From Octopus bimaculoides (Eukaryota), in assembly GCF_001194135.2 (NCBI RefSeq), contig NC_068989.1, positions 76,951,918 to 77,015,917 of the forward strand: a DNA stretch of 64,000 nucleotides, in the 5' to 3' direction. The notes beneath the pieces are model-generated. The model worked only from the letters and a program-made list of their open reading frames with translations. It was not told where the DNA came from and did not search any database. The position numbers and the translations under genes are program-made. Position 1 is the first letter of the stretch. Each line of letters starts with the position of its first letter. Below, one piece after another: positions 13,429 through 27,383 of the stretch.

Positions 13429-13862
13429 GGGGAGGATGCATAAATTTTTATCTCGAAAGCTGTTTCTGGAAGATCGGAATTACGTAATAATCGTAATGTT
13501 CAATGCCGGCTGCATTGCTGCTGCTGTTGCCGCTATGGTAGCTGTTGGTATTGCTAGCGTCGCTGCCTGAAACGGTGTTAGTGTGGCTGCCACCGATGCA
13601 ACCATTGCTGTTGCTATTGTTATTGCTATGGGCGGATGTGCCGTGCTGTCGCGTTGCTGCTGTATCTGCCGTTGCTGCCTCTGTTGACAATGATGTCTCT
13701 GTGATTGCCAGTGTCGGTCACCACCTCAGCTTCATATGCTGCTCTCGATGCGTTGTATCTCCCCCCCACACCACAGACACATTGGCATTCATTGTATACC
13801 CTACCAGAAATAGTTAAGGACACTGCTGAAACGTATGTATAGGGGATAACCCTGCCTCGCCC
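13429..13862. other. GC-rich low-complexity island bounded by TTAA and short GGG(C)GAGG inverted ends
   Basis: ttaa-ggggagg at 13425-13435 and cctcgccc-ttaa at 13855-13866; the interior is rich in GCT/TGC/GTT triplets. Confidence 0.3.
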
Positions 13863-13979
13863 TTAAGATTACCAGTAGGTCTTCGTTCAAGTTATTTCTT
13901 GTTCACAAAACAAACTGATCATGAAGTTTTTATCCCTCCAGTTGTAGAGAGGTAATGTTCTTCCAGCCATTCGAATCTG

Positions 13980-14120
13980 ACGGTATGCAAAAAAACCATT
14001 ATCGGTAAAACTTTTATAATTATAAACATAGTTAAGAGATCTGCAAAAATTGCTTCACCAACATACCGAACATTTAGAAATAGCAGTTGAAATACTAATT
14101 CTACTACTACAATATGCCTC
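13980..14120 (+). repeat. Diverged homolog of the outer part of the 7.8-8.5 kb palindrome arm
   Basis: cggtatgcaaaaaaaccattatcggtaaaacttttataattataaac...tgcttcaccaacataccgaacatttagaaatagcagt aligns with 7748-7880. Confidence 0.7.
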
Positions 14121-14212
14121 CACAGACAGCAAATATTCGTGACTAATATTTGCTATCTTTCGAGGCATATGTTAGTGAAGCAATTTTTGCTGATCCCTTA
14201 ACTATGTTTATA

Positions 14213-14287
<75 letters not shown>

Positions 14288-15181
14288 TTATTATTATTTT
14301 TTTGTCTACGTTTTGTTTGCAATGTCCTGTACCCAGATATGCACCTATATATACAGGTAGACGTAGGTATGCACATACCTGTACGTATATATGCATATAC
14401 TCATTTATTATTTGTTATATATATATATATATCTATGTAAACTCGCAGCTGTTCGAGCTGGGCCAGCTTTTACTACTGCATTGTCTCAAATGAGATAGTG
14501 GGCGCAAATCCAGTCATGTGCACTTTTACCAGATATGAAAAAATAAGTTTATAGTGCAATACATTTACATGTGTTAAAATCTTTCTCAATGCAGTCTTGC
14601 TTTAACAAAATATCACTATTGATAGATTATGTCTTCGATATAACTCCATAAGTAATATTGTATACTGACTGACACAAAGATAAAGTATAATATATTTTGA
14701 CGATAAAATAGATAAGTTTTTAACTGATAAAAGATTTTCGATAAATGTTTGGTCCTACGGCTCTGCATTCAGTAGTACTTATGTCTAAATTTCATCATCT
14801 CCAGAATAAAATATGTAACGAAATGTAATTACAAAATAAATTACGTATCCAAGGCCTTCCATAAACATTTATCAATAAAATAGCTTTGAAAAACGCCGTT
14901 GAATTTCCACTCGTAAACGCAGTTGAAGAACACATACAAGTAGAGAGTTTGTCGCAGGAAATATCCCCTGAGCGACATAAGTATTCATTTCTCACATGTA
15001 TTTTCTGAAATACTTATCAAAACGGAAGTCATCTGAGACACAAACAACAATTTATCATGTTCCTAGCTCACATTGGTTTCCTGGTGGGAATATAAACACT
15101 CGTATTATGAATAATACTTGATTGTGTCCATTTTCTTATTCGTCTGCGATCTCAAATAATATACACTATATTTAAATAATG

Positions 15182-15214
<33 letters not shown>

Positions 15215-16005
15215 AATAACATGTAACAACAAAAGAATGAGACCTCGATATATGCATATATATATATATGTATATATATATATAAGCTAAATAAACATTA
15301 TCCTAGCATTAGTAATTAAGCTACTTTATTGCTATTGTATTCTGCCCTAATTGATTATTTTATTTCATTTCTTTATTAATTTATAATTAGCCTTTATTTA
15401 AGCTAATCTTTGTATCTCTAGTATTTCATACTTAGCGTAAATAAAACTATACTGATATATTTACTGCATATATAAAAAAAACTCCTTAGAATATAATTTT
15501 ATTAATATATAATTAGAATGCTTTTTTTTATCTCAATACTCCTTTATTAATATCAGTATATTCCCATTAATCAATATTCATAGATACCATATGAAGAGTT
15601 GGTTATTATGTGTATAATAATATATATAAATATTAAATATTCAACTATTTCTGAATAATTTTCCCTTCCTGCCTCTATTGTGGTAAAGGTTTGCTACATG
15701 CTCAAAAAATATCCATAAATTTCTATCCTTTGGTTAATATATTCTTCTTAATAACCCTCTGAATAGCCATAAACTGTATCAATATACAATATAGCAGTAT
15801 TGTTTTAAAACATTTAACTATAGTACTACATGGTAAGACTTCCTCTGTTTCAATATCAATGGTCTGCCAGTGGGCGACCCCCCCCCCCTTTATTTGTCAC
15901 CAAACGTCAAGATTTTATGACGACGTCAACCATGATTTTTGTCTCCTCTATCATCCTTGGAGATTTTAGGAATAATTATAATAATGTTGCGATTTTGCTA
16001 TGGAC

Positions 16006-16522
16006 ATGGAGTTGGAACAAAAAACCGAGAAACTTCGCATTAAACTTGGAAAGTCTTCTATCGAGCCATCGAGAATACTTCGGTAAGCTTCCAGTTACGA
16101 GGAAATGGGTCGTATGCAATGTTTCGAATGGCACGGGTGCTTGTAAAGCGGAAGAACGTCCCTCGAAGAGAATGAGCAATCTGAAGGACCTGTCACGAAT
16201 GTCAGCCCCGGAAACGAACGTACTGTGCATCGAGAGTTCGAATCCCAGCGTTTGATGCAGGACGTTCAGCGAAAGCGAACGGATCTCTGGTGTGTAGAAA
16301 ATTGGATTCCGCATCGAGCGCTTCTCACTCGGGAGTTTCTTGCCAAACCAACATGGTCTCGCTTCCGTATCCGCCCTATTCGCCAGGTTTAGCACCTGCG
16401 GACTTCCATCAAAGATGAAAATACAGCTCAAAGGTTACCGCTTTAACACCGTTGTGGATATCGAGAGTGAACCACAGAAGGTCCGTGCCTCGCTTATGGA
16501 AAACTACTACTGGAGGAGATAA
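16006..16522 (+). mobile_element. Internally deleted mariner transposase relic (irritans-like)
   Basis: MELEQKTEKLRIKLGKS..MGRMQCFEWHGC..SGR (across frames), then HRALLTREFLA..LPYPPYSPGLAPADF..KMKIQLKGYRFNTVVDIESE. Confidence 0.85.
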
Positions 16523-18420
16523 GGTATTTAAGTAAATGAGGTATTTTATATCAAACAGAACTAGTCCGGAAGCCTTCGTCTTTTAGTGGAAATGCGTCCA
16601 TCACATGATCCCTCCTCAGTAAAAGTATTCCAAAAGTTTAAGTACTATATATTATATATAATACAATCATAAGTACATATTAGATAATTTCAGCACATAT
16701 CTATCTCATTCGATTTCTATATTACAATTTTCTTATATATGCGTGTGTGTGTGTGCATAATGTGTGTGGGTGTAAGTGTATACACGTATATGTGTATATA
16801 TTTAACCCCATGTGCATACATGTATGTGAATGTGCATAAAAGCGCGTATGTAAATATATGCACAATAGCGGAATTATGTCTTGTTGCGAAATCTGTTTCA
16901 AAAAGTTTATGGTTATGGAATTACCAGCGCATAGTATATGCAAATTGTTGTCATTGTGTAGCCAGTGAGCAATCCCGATAATGGGCAAAATTTAAGGAAG
17001 ACAAAAAGAAAAATGCATTAAAGTTCTGCCTGGTGAAAAACGTAATCGGTTACTTCGCTGCAGGTCAAGGTATTCGTTCCCAGACAGTATTACCCCAAAA
17101 TTAAGTCTCTTTACTTATAAACACTCTGATGTAATATTCTATTGAAGGCATACATTTTATGACACCTTTCTTATAAAGATTATAATTTCTCTTCAGTCTA
17201 GCTAAAACTCTATTTCCTTACCATACATTTCAGCTACTCCCATTCCCTTTCCTGAACGCTTATTTCTCCCATGCGATTTTGTCTAGACCTCTGACACTTT
17301 TAAGAATATAGGGACGTTTCTAAACAAACAGAAAGAAGTGAAGTCATTTTCTTTGCATAGTTATGAAATAACTGACTGCAAAGAATAACATAATTTTACA
17401 AGAAATTTAATTGTAATCTCTTGCAGAAGTCTGGATTTTTAGCGAGCACACTTAAATAAACTGCCTCAAAGTTTTAAATCGCTTGAATTGATTGTCTTCC
17501 ATAAATACTCATGTAATTATTGGATTAATTTATATTTAAATCTAACGAGGCCAAATGTTTGAATTCTTTTTGATTCTAGCTGTTTTCCAAGAGTTTAATA
17601 CAAAAACGTGTTTTGTGGTTAGTGACATATGTAAATGTCTAACTTCCTGAATGTGAAATATGAACTTTATTTTAGAAATATTTACTCTTTCAGCACGAGT
17701 TACGACATTTTACAAAAGAAATCTTACACTATATATAGGATGAAAACAAACGAAATAATAAAATATGGGAAATATTCACTAACGAACCAAAAGAAAATAA
17801 CAATTTGAGGGAAAGAATAAAATTTAGATGGAATAGAATAAATGGAATTCACAAAATATAAATTACAACACATGTTTCAATGTAGAAAATCAGATGACCA
17901 TTATTAAATACATTATGACACGAAAGAGTTCATTTATATAATGCTTTTTATGTAATATAATCAATAAATGTGCACGTATTTCATTTTCCGCTTGAATTTG
18001 TATGAACCTGACAAGCATATATACAGCACATATAGAAACACCTCCTCATGCATACATATATGCATACATTCACACATACACACACACATACAGACACATA
18101 CTTGCACACATGTATGTGTGTGTAATACTTGATTACATTTACCAAGAATATAAGGTCCCATTTATCTAATGTTCATTATGAATATTTCATATTTTGAAAT
18201 ATTAAGTTCCAACTTATATATTGAAATCTGAAAAATCAAGAAAACATTATGTGACAGTTGTTACACTTGTTACGTTCTTGAGAAATTGTTTTAGTCTTCG
18301 TTTACGTTATCAACGTCAAATGCATAGGAGGCTGATAAGTAGATCTTATTCAGAAATACATGGGGTATTTATGAAACCATTGGATATCACCTCTTATAAT
18401 AAGGTAAACAAATTTAGAGA

Positions 18421-18680
18421 TTTATTTTCTTGTATATTCTGAATTGAGATCGAATTTTTCATTCAACTGTGGTTGAAAAATTGCCCGTAAAATACCGGCA
18501 TACATCCAATTGTTTGAGCCACTTCGATATAGCCTCCATTTAGATATTTATTTTGTTGTATATTCTAAATTCAGATCGACTTTGTCATTCAACTTTGGTT
18601 GAAAAATTGCCCGTCAAATACTGGCATATATCCAATTATTTGAGCCGCTCCGATATAATGTGTAGCATAGCCTCCATATA
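18421..18680. repeat. 126-bp tandem duplication (2 units)
   Basis: tttattttcttgtatattctgaattgagatcg.. at 18421 recurs at 18547 with scattered substitutions. Confidence 0.93.
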
Positions 18681-19988
18681 ACGGTTAACAATATTCGATG
18701 TCATTATAATAGAGTCGGATACAAAGAATTTGGCTGTTTATAAAAGCATTTTGACTTATAAGCATACAATATGCAAGTATAATTGAAATGTCCTTAGATA
18801 GGACAACATGGCATATGATACATACAATGTAAGTTCAATTGCAGTCGAGTTCAACATTGTTTTCTCATTCTTCCTACCTTCCAGGGATGTACTATAAATT
18901 ACCACAGCAGGGTGGCTTTTTAACAAAATTCATATCCATGGGACAACTTTAGGTCGACACTCTGATAGAATTTGTCCATCTTCGAGTAAACGCCTTCAAC
19001 TGGTGTATAAAAACATTTTGGGGCAATCACACTTTATTTTGTTTTAATTTTCTAATCCCTTATAGTATAAGCTTTGACTTCATCTGTAAATTACAAGGTT
19101 GATCAATTAAATATTGTTTTTCATATTAAGTTTCTATCTTCTGCTGCGTTGTGTTTCATACACATCGTAATTTAATGAAAATTATGATTACACAGATATA
19201 TGAATGATAACAATAAAAACAATCTATACGACGAAAGTAACTAATTTTCCTTATGAAGATTTTGTTAATCCATACAGATCCAAACCATATGCAAAATTAG
19301 CTAACATAATCCTGGAAGGCGAAACTCACTAAAAGAATAAACACAGAGTTTTGAACAAGTGCACGAGATGTGTAATAGATAATCACAATTCCAAGCATAA
19401 ATTGTATTTCTTGATGGCATCTGCTATCAATCTGAAATTTCAATTTATTAATATTTTTTTGTGCTGTTGATAAAATTTTAAATACATAAATCTGAAATAA
19501 TCTTACGTATTTTGCCTTATTTATTAATACACAATTATTTCAGTTCCTATGTTCCTCGACATTCTGTATTGCATGTATTGTATATATTATGTAATAGATA
19601 AACGAAACAATAGAAAGAACGATAAAAGTTTACAAACATAAGCATTTCTCCTAATTCTTTCAGTTTCATTATATATTTGAGACGCCATTTCAATTATCGT
19701 TATTTCCTTTCTGTTAATATCAATAGAAAGTAAAAGGTTTTCTATAGCGCCAGTTGAATATCTTGTTGCAACAGCGTGGATTTCTTACTCCGAAACTGAC
19801 GACAAATTATCCTGACGACACAGTCATAAAGTGATGGTTAGGTAGATAGGTAAAAATGTCGGAGGANNNNNNNNNNNNNNNNNNNNNNNNNNNNNNNNNN
19901 NNNNNNNNNNNNNNNNNNNNNNNNNNNNNNNNNNNNNNNNNNNNNNNNNNNNNNNNNNNNNNNNNNNNNNNNNNNNNNNNNNNNNNNN

Positions 19989-20303
19989 GAAACAAATGGT
20001 AGTCTGAAGGAGCAAGGTCGGGAAAATAAGGTGGATAAGGATTTTTTTCCCAACCAAGCACTTCTATCTACTGTGATGTAATCTTTCCTGTTGGGGTCGC
20101 GCATTGTCCTGATGAAACACCACTCCTTTTTGAATCACTAACACGGGTCTTTTTTTGCCAAAGCTTGGTTCAACCGCTCTCATTGCTGACAGTAGACTTG
20201 AGCATTGATTGTTGCATTAGGTGGTAGCAATTCCAAATGAATTACTACTTTTCAATCCCAACAGATAGAGAGAAGAGCCTTTTTCCCATGAAGTTTCCTT
20301 TTT
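19989..20303 (-). mobile_element. Mariner transposase catalytic-domain fragment (truncated by gap)
   Basis: Minus strand: LLSICWD..ELLPPNATINAQVYCQQ..GVVFHQDNARP..PYPPYFPDLAPSDYHLF. Confidence 0.92.
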
Positions 20304-20350
20304 GCTTGTCAGTTTTAAAATAATTTTTGTGTTACATCTGGGTCCAAGGT

Positions 20351-20605
20351 TCGAAAACGGAATTTGTGAAGCCAGAATTTATGAAATCCAAATTTTCGGA
20401 ATCCATACGTTTTGAAAACTGAATTTCTGAAGCCAGATTTTATGAAATCCAAATTTTTGGAATCTATATTTTTTGAAAACCAAATTTGTGAGGCCAGGTT
20501 TTGTGTGAGACCAATTTTGGTGAAACCAAAATTTGTGAGTCCAGAGTTACGAATCCAAGTTTTTGAAATGAAGTTGAAACCGTGTTTCTGAGTCCAAATT
20601 TCTAA
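20351..20605. repeat. Minisatellite with a 15-bp monomer (tgaa(g/a)ccaraattt) and a ~60-bp higher-order period
   Basis: gaaaacggaatttgtgaagccagaatttatgaaatccaaattttcggaatc is repeated about 60 bp later; 15-mer variants continue beyond. Confidence 0.85.
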
Positions 20606-21271
20606 ACTATATATATATAACCTTCATAAATATTTTAACTGCACGTGTAGTGTAGCATTAATTTATTTTTGTTCGTATATATTTATTTTGTATGTAAACT
20701 GATTTTTATGCTGACACTTAATTGTTAATAATATTTTACAAAAAAACACTCCATAGTGTGTTGTTGTTTTGGATTCACTCCATCCTTGTTGGTTGTGTAA
20801 ATTCGGGTTATGGCCACGAGGACGTAACAATATGTATATATATATATATATATATATACGCTGTGGGTATTCCCATAAATAATGCAGTTTTTTATACTTC
20901 TATTATTTTTCAAAATTAAGATAAACAAAGTTCTTTTTTAATCTAAAATATATTCTCCTTCATTTTCTATNNNNNNNNNNNNNNNNNNNNNNNNNNNNNN
21001 NNNNNNNNNNNNNNNNNNNNNNNNNNNNNNNNNNNNNNNNNNNNNNNNNNNNNNNNNNNNNNNNNNNNNNNNNNNNNNNNNNNNNNNNNNNNNNNNNNNN
21101 NNNNNNNNNNNNNNNNNNNNNNNNNNNNNNNNNNNNNNNNNNNNNNNNNNNNNNNNNNNNNNNNNNNGTTTTTTATACTTCTATTATTTTTCAAAATTAA
21201 GATAAACAAAGTTCTTTTTTAATCTAAAATATATTCTCCTTCATTTTCTATAATGCTCTTCCATCTATCTA

Positions 21272-21434
21272 GTTGACTTGCAAGGCCCCTCTTCCAAAAT
21301 TCACCGTAGTCTATGGCTTATGCTTATTGTCTGATTTCCATATATTGCATTAATAATGCACTTTCCGTTGTATTAATTCCTATATTGAACTCATAACGTA
21401 AAATATACTGAATATGCTCGTTTGTCACTTCCAT
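21272..21434 (-). mobile_element. Mariner transposase N-terminal fragment
   Basis: MEVTNEHIQYILRYEFNIGINTTESA..INAIYG resembles the Mos1-type HTH start. Confidence 0.6.
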
Positions 21435-22464
21435 TATTTTGAAAAATAACTGAGCTGCACTCTTCAAAATTTGCACTAAGAATAAGTACAAGGTAAAATT
21501 ACTACCTGCCTTTATAGCACGTTGATGCAGGTAGTTCATCCCGTCTCCTTATACTTCTACTTCATGCAATTGAAAAACACATCATTTATGTATGCATGTA
21601 TGTATATATGTATTATGTATGTATGTATGTATGTATGTATGTAGGTAGGTATGTAGGGAGGTTCATATGTATGTAGATAGGAAACGATTAGAGACCTGCA
21701 GCTTGTGGATTTTGGACACTGATAGTATCTTTGCTCTCTTTTGCTCGTCGTTAGTTTAAATGCTTATGTTATATACCATGTTTCACTCATTTCGCTGAAT
21801 GGTGTGTCACTGTAAGATTTGACATGCCGATACTATTTGCTCCCCATTTCTTTTCTCATTTAATAATATGATTTAAAGAATGTAAAATACATCGGTATAA
21901 TATGTGATAGAATATCTATTTTTTTTTTGTGTGTGTGATTACCTTGGCTGATATTAGTATAATATCCAGCAAATCTTATATCTAAAAAGTTGTCATAAAC
22001 AGTAATGTAACCGCACTTAGCGTTTACGCTGCGGGGATATGACGATAATTGAAATGCTTTATATTCAATGTGGATAGAATTGTCAGGTGTAAATGATTGT
22101 TCTCTTAATCTGAAAAAGTCCATTAGTAATAAAGCATAACATATATTTAACGACAAAACTTACTTTTATCCAATGGCCAGTGAATTGATAAATAACGACG
22201 TTGAAATGTTGTTCACTTTTGCAATATTAAAAATAAGTTTTATGGTTGCCAAGATAAAATGAAAGAAAGAAGAGGAAAAAATCAATTGAATGACCTCACA
22301 TGGCGGCGACATAGTTGTACGGGATTTGATTTGATAGACTGTAGACTTAGTTTACGTAAATGACAACACTTTTTTTTCTACATGATCTGATAGTCTACTG
22401 AACACTTCTGAGGCTAAACACAATAAGAATTAAATATAGTTTCAAAGATTATGTTAGACAGACA

Positions 22465-22570
<106 letters not shown>

Positions 22571-22778
22571 GAGGGACGCGCGTCACACACATGTTTTGTA
22601 TATATACATATATATTCAAGTGATGTAATATCTATATACTTAACAGCGTATAACCAGAGCTGACAAATAAGGGTCTCAAATCCCTTATCAAATATCTGAC
22701 AGGATGGCTTCTCCCTACGGCTCCCGCTAATATTCAAGTGATATAGATCTGAGTGAAACTGTCTTATATATATATATT

Positions 22779-22809
<31 letters not shown>

Positions 22810-24936
22810 ATCTCTACAAATAGATATTATGTGTGTGTATATATGTGAGTGTATGTATTTGTACACGCGTGTATTGTTTGTTTGTGTGTGCGTGTGTGTA
22901 CAAGACCTGAGTCACAAATGAACAATTCAGCATTCATACGCGATGTTGCATATTAAATCAAATATTGCGAAATATAACTTATGTAGTAAAACTTTACACA
23001 TCATGTCTTTTACATGAAATATCTAAAACTGAAAATATGGACAACTAAAAGCAAATTGAATTTCTCATCTCTCAGGATACTCATTAGGATGTTCTGTCGC
23101 TGTATTTTGAAAATTATGACTGTTATATAATCAACGTCATAACTTGTATAGTCAGCGTGAATTCTAAGAATGGAGAACTTCAAATCTTTTCACAAATTTA
23201 ATAATGGAATTGTGAAGGTGTTGGCAATTTGGAAATTGGATGAAAAGTTATTGAATGCTTAACAAAATTAGAATAGAATAATCAATATATGAAACGCAAA
23301 AATGTTTAAAGTAAAAATTACAATTAAATAGAAAATTTCAATGGCAACATCAGAAATTAAAGGGATTAGACAAATGTGATTAACATGTCTTAATGGTGAT
23401 TGGAGTTGTCGATCTGGGTTTTAATAAGCAATTATTAGTATATTTGAATACAACATAAAAATAACATTAATGGAATAATAATTATAGGTAGACGAATAAA
23501 AAAATCATTTATTTGTATTGATTTAAAAGAAACCCTTCAATCAATTAGAAATCACCAATAGAAATTGATTATTGTTTTAGATATTAGTTTGTTGCTAGCA
23601 TTGAGCTAATTTGCATTATTTTCTGTCAAAAGAATATTCGCTTCAATACTGACGGAATTATACTTTGCTTTCAGGAAGTTGCTCAACATTTAACGCATTC
23701 TATTTTCTTTTAATACAAATATATGCGATTTAATATTGAAAGGTTATTGTTTCCTTATGACATAATAAATCATTAAATTCGCATCATTTTTATGTTTTAG
23801 AAAAGAATGACATTTAAAACTTTCTTCTGTTACATTTAATATTCTTCCAAAGATAATTTGTTTTCGCAAGTACTTCTGATGAATTTCTCTTAAAACGATA
23901 AAAATAATTAAACACATAAAGAAAGAAATAATACCTCATTCTCTGGTAGAGGAGTTCTTTCTCAAGAGAAATTAATATTGTCAATTAATATTTACACTTC
24001 TTTTTTTTCTTTCGAAAAGACGCATGTTTAATCAAATTGTCACAGCATCCTTTTAGCAATCAATTTCGTATTTCAACAAGTAAAGTAACTTATTCACGGG
24101 CATCTTATATGAGTAATTTCATAGATGACATTCATGAAGAGCTCTTAACCGTGTTGCTATTAGAAGTAATAAATAAAGTATGAAAGTTATAATAGCTTCG
24201 AGAAACGGAGCTTACATTTCTCTAGTAAACTGAGATGTAATAAAAATACAATTAGAAATAAGATTATCACTTGAAAAGATTTTGCTCGGTCATAATTTAT
24301 AAACACAAAATAAATAGTTTACATAGCAAATATATTCATTAATGATTTTGAAAAATGAATACGCATGTTAAAAGACAAAAAAAAATGAAATAATAACCAC
24401 TTCCCTATATATTCCCAAGTAGATTCAGTATATCATGTTTCATGGGAAGTTTCTAAAAAAATCTTTACACGTTTGTGTCATCCAATATTATTTTCAGGAT
24501 CCAGTGAATTGATCAATTTATAACTCACAACTGAATATTTTATATCCTGATATAGAAAATTCGTTTCTCTAATAATTTATGGTTACATTATTGTGGTTGA
24601 GTAATTTTAAGTTGAATATCCCTGCTTTGGCCGGTGTATACGCATAGAATACCCCTACATACTTTCCATTTAAATTGTTGCTGGAAAACGGCCAGGCTAG
24701 TAAACACTTCCTTATCTCAGATTTCGTCCCGTTTATCTAAGTTTACTAGCTTAACTGGGAACGGTTTTATGAAAGATTAACAGTATTTCTGCTGATGGAA
24801 AACAATTTGTAAGTAAGTAAATTCATTGTTTATTTGCTAAATTATAATTCGTCATTGAGTGACTGCAAATATACATGCATAAAGTAATCTTATATAGATA
24901 CATATTTGTGTACATATAAGTATGTATGTATGCATT

Positions 24937-24991
<55 letters not shown>

Positions 24992-25036
24992 CTTTATATC
25001 TATATATTACAATAAGGATATTGAATAATTACAACA

Positions 25037-25087
25037 CCAGTCTTCTAGAAGTAAACCCCAAATGGGGGTCGACTTCTAGCAGACTGG
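25037..25087. other. Isolated 51-nt imperfect hairpin
   Basis: ccagtct-t-ctagaagt-aaacccc-aaatg-ggggtcg-acttctag-c-agactgg: 7+8 bp outer stems with one mismatch, plus an inner cccc/gggg. Confidence 0.7.
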
Positions 25088-25235
25088 AGGAGTAATTATT
25101 CAATACCGTTATTATAATTTTGATATAAATGAACCATTATGGTATTTTAGTATGCTGGCCACTGATAAATCATTAAATAATGACTTCATCCTAATTATGT
25201 ATAAATATATATGTGTGTGTGCGATTGTGTATGCG

Positions 25236-25274
<39 letters not shown>

Positions 25275-26263
25275 TTCTATCTCTCTCTCTTTCTCTCNNN
25301 NNNNNNNNNNNNNNNNNNNNNNNNNNNNNNNNNNNNNNNNNNNNNNNNNNNNNNNNNNNNNNNNNNNNNNNNNNNNNNNNNNNNNNNNNNNNNNNNNNNN
25401 NNNNNNNNNNNNNNNNNNNNNNNNNNNNNNNNNNNNNNNNNNNNNNNNNNNNNNNNNNNNNNNNNNNNNNNNNNNNNNNNAGCTAGCTAGCTAGCTAGAT
25501 AGATAGATAGATAAATAGACAGATAGATACAGAGAGAGGAACAGTTGAATGTATATATGTGTGTGTGTATGTGTGTGTATATATATATATAGGATCACCA
25601 ACATTGTCAAAACACTTCTTACTATTTCTTAAAGGTGCGTATAGTTATATCAATATTCTGCTAAAAAAATTGGTAAACAGCCAAGTCATAATTCCCTATT
25701 CGATAGCAACACATCTATTTCTTTCATATTTAGTCCTAGCTATTTCTCCTATTACTTATTCTTTGTTTTGTGCAGTTTATATCTTTGCCAAGCCTTAAGA
25801 GATTACACTAGACTTCTTGGAAATAATTTCCTTCTTCATGAATTTTAATTTCCGACAAATGAGTTCATATTAAACAAAAGAGGTCATGCTTGCTCTATTT
25901 ATGCTAATCAAAGTAAACCGAAAAAGCAATTCAATGAACGAAGGCCATTATTGGATAGATATTTTCGAAGATGTAATTAATACAATCTATTATAGCAAAA
26001 AGAATTTCCTGTAAAGCTCACAAAAGTCGGTGATTTATAATCTTGTGTACAAAAGGTATTCTGTAAAATAATTCCATTTTTTTAGATTATAGATGTTGGA
26101 TAGACACTGACCTGTTAAAAGAACATGATTGAAAACAAATAGTGATGTTGATAATTCAGTTGTTTCAAAATTGCCTGCTCTTTAATAGTCATCCAGAGAA
26201 ACATATATCGGATGTAAATAGATGCTGCATATATGTATGTGTAGTTATACATCCATAACTATG

Positions 26264-26310
<47 letters not shown>

Positions 26311-26457
26311 GGGGTGTGTGTATGTGTTTGTGTGTGTGGGTGTGAGTGGGTGTATTTAAGTATCTACTTGTGTGTGTTTCTATATATACATATCTATATA
26401 CATATAAATATAAATACGTATATGTAAATGGATGTAGGAGTAGATAGACAGACATAC

Positions 26458-26523
<66 letters not shown>

Positions 26524-27347
26524 ATAGACAGACAGACAGATATATAGATAGATATACTCATTTTGTATTTACACTCTTTGTTGCTTGCTCATATGTATAC
26601 AAACATACACACAGATCCCCGCATATATCAGAAATTCGAAGCTAGCCATGAATTTCCTAACATTAAAAATATATCATTTCATGAACAGGTATGTACTCAC
26701 ATGTAACACAAGAGCTCTCACTAAGGTAAGATTAGTTCTTCATGTCCTGCCAACAAACCTTTACAAGTAAAAAAAGATATTTGCAGTCAAGTGCAATAAC
26801 ACTGAGAAACAGCCTGTAACTCAAATTTCATCAATAAATCTATACTTGGAACTCTGTTTCGTGAAAATGTAGTACCTGTACCAAACAGTTGTATTTATCA
26901 CTAAAACTAATTCGGGTTTTAAAAAATCCCAAATGTTGATATTTCACTGGGTGCTCCATTCAGTATCTCAATTTTCTTGAAGACGGGTATCTGTTCGACT
27001 GGGACATAGAAAATGGTCAATAAACCCAAAATTTAAAAGGCCAATTGATAAAGTTGTAGATACATAAAGAAACTCCAGCATCTTTTGAATGAAGAACAGA
27101 AATATTTTTTTTAATTTTGTCACCAGTGGAGATATTTTTTTGTAAAAAGTTCCTGTTTCTCAGAATGCGAAACTTACAACTTGATACATTAGCATTTATT
27201 TTATGCTACTAAAATTGAGCTCGAACATGTTTAGTCAAACAAGAAGGGAAATACCATGGTGGAAATGTATGATAATCATATTGAAGGACTAGAATTACGG
27301 GATTTTTTCGGAGTCTCCTTTAAGGGATTCTCATCTGTGTATGACCA

Positions 27348-27383
<36 letters not shown>

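Noticed and set aside
19795-19850. Two CTGACGA boxes close together
   Set aside because: No stem II followed by GAAA downstream
20888-21250. Identical 83-bp direct repeat on both sides of the 20971-21167 gap
   Set aside because: Exact identity with both copies touching the gap points to an unmerged contig overlap (assembly artefact)
24720-24808. Exon-like segment with ctcag acceptor and gtaagt donor
   Set aside because: All three frames contain stops; no support as coding, though a UTR exon cannot be excluded
26701-26815. Minus-strand exon candidate ending at a gtgagt donor
   Set aside because: All frames are closed for both plausible acceptors
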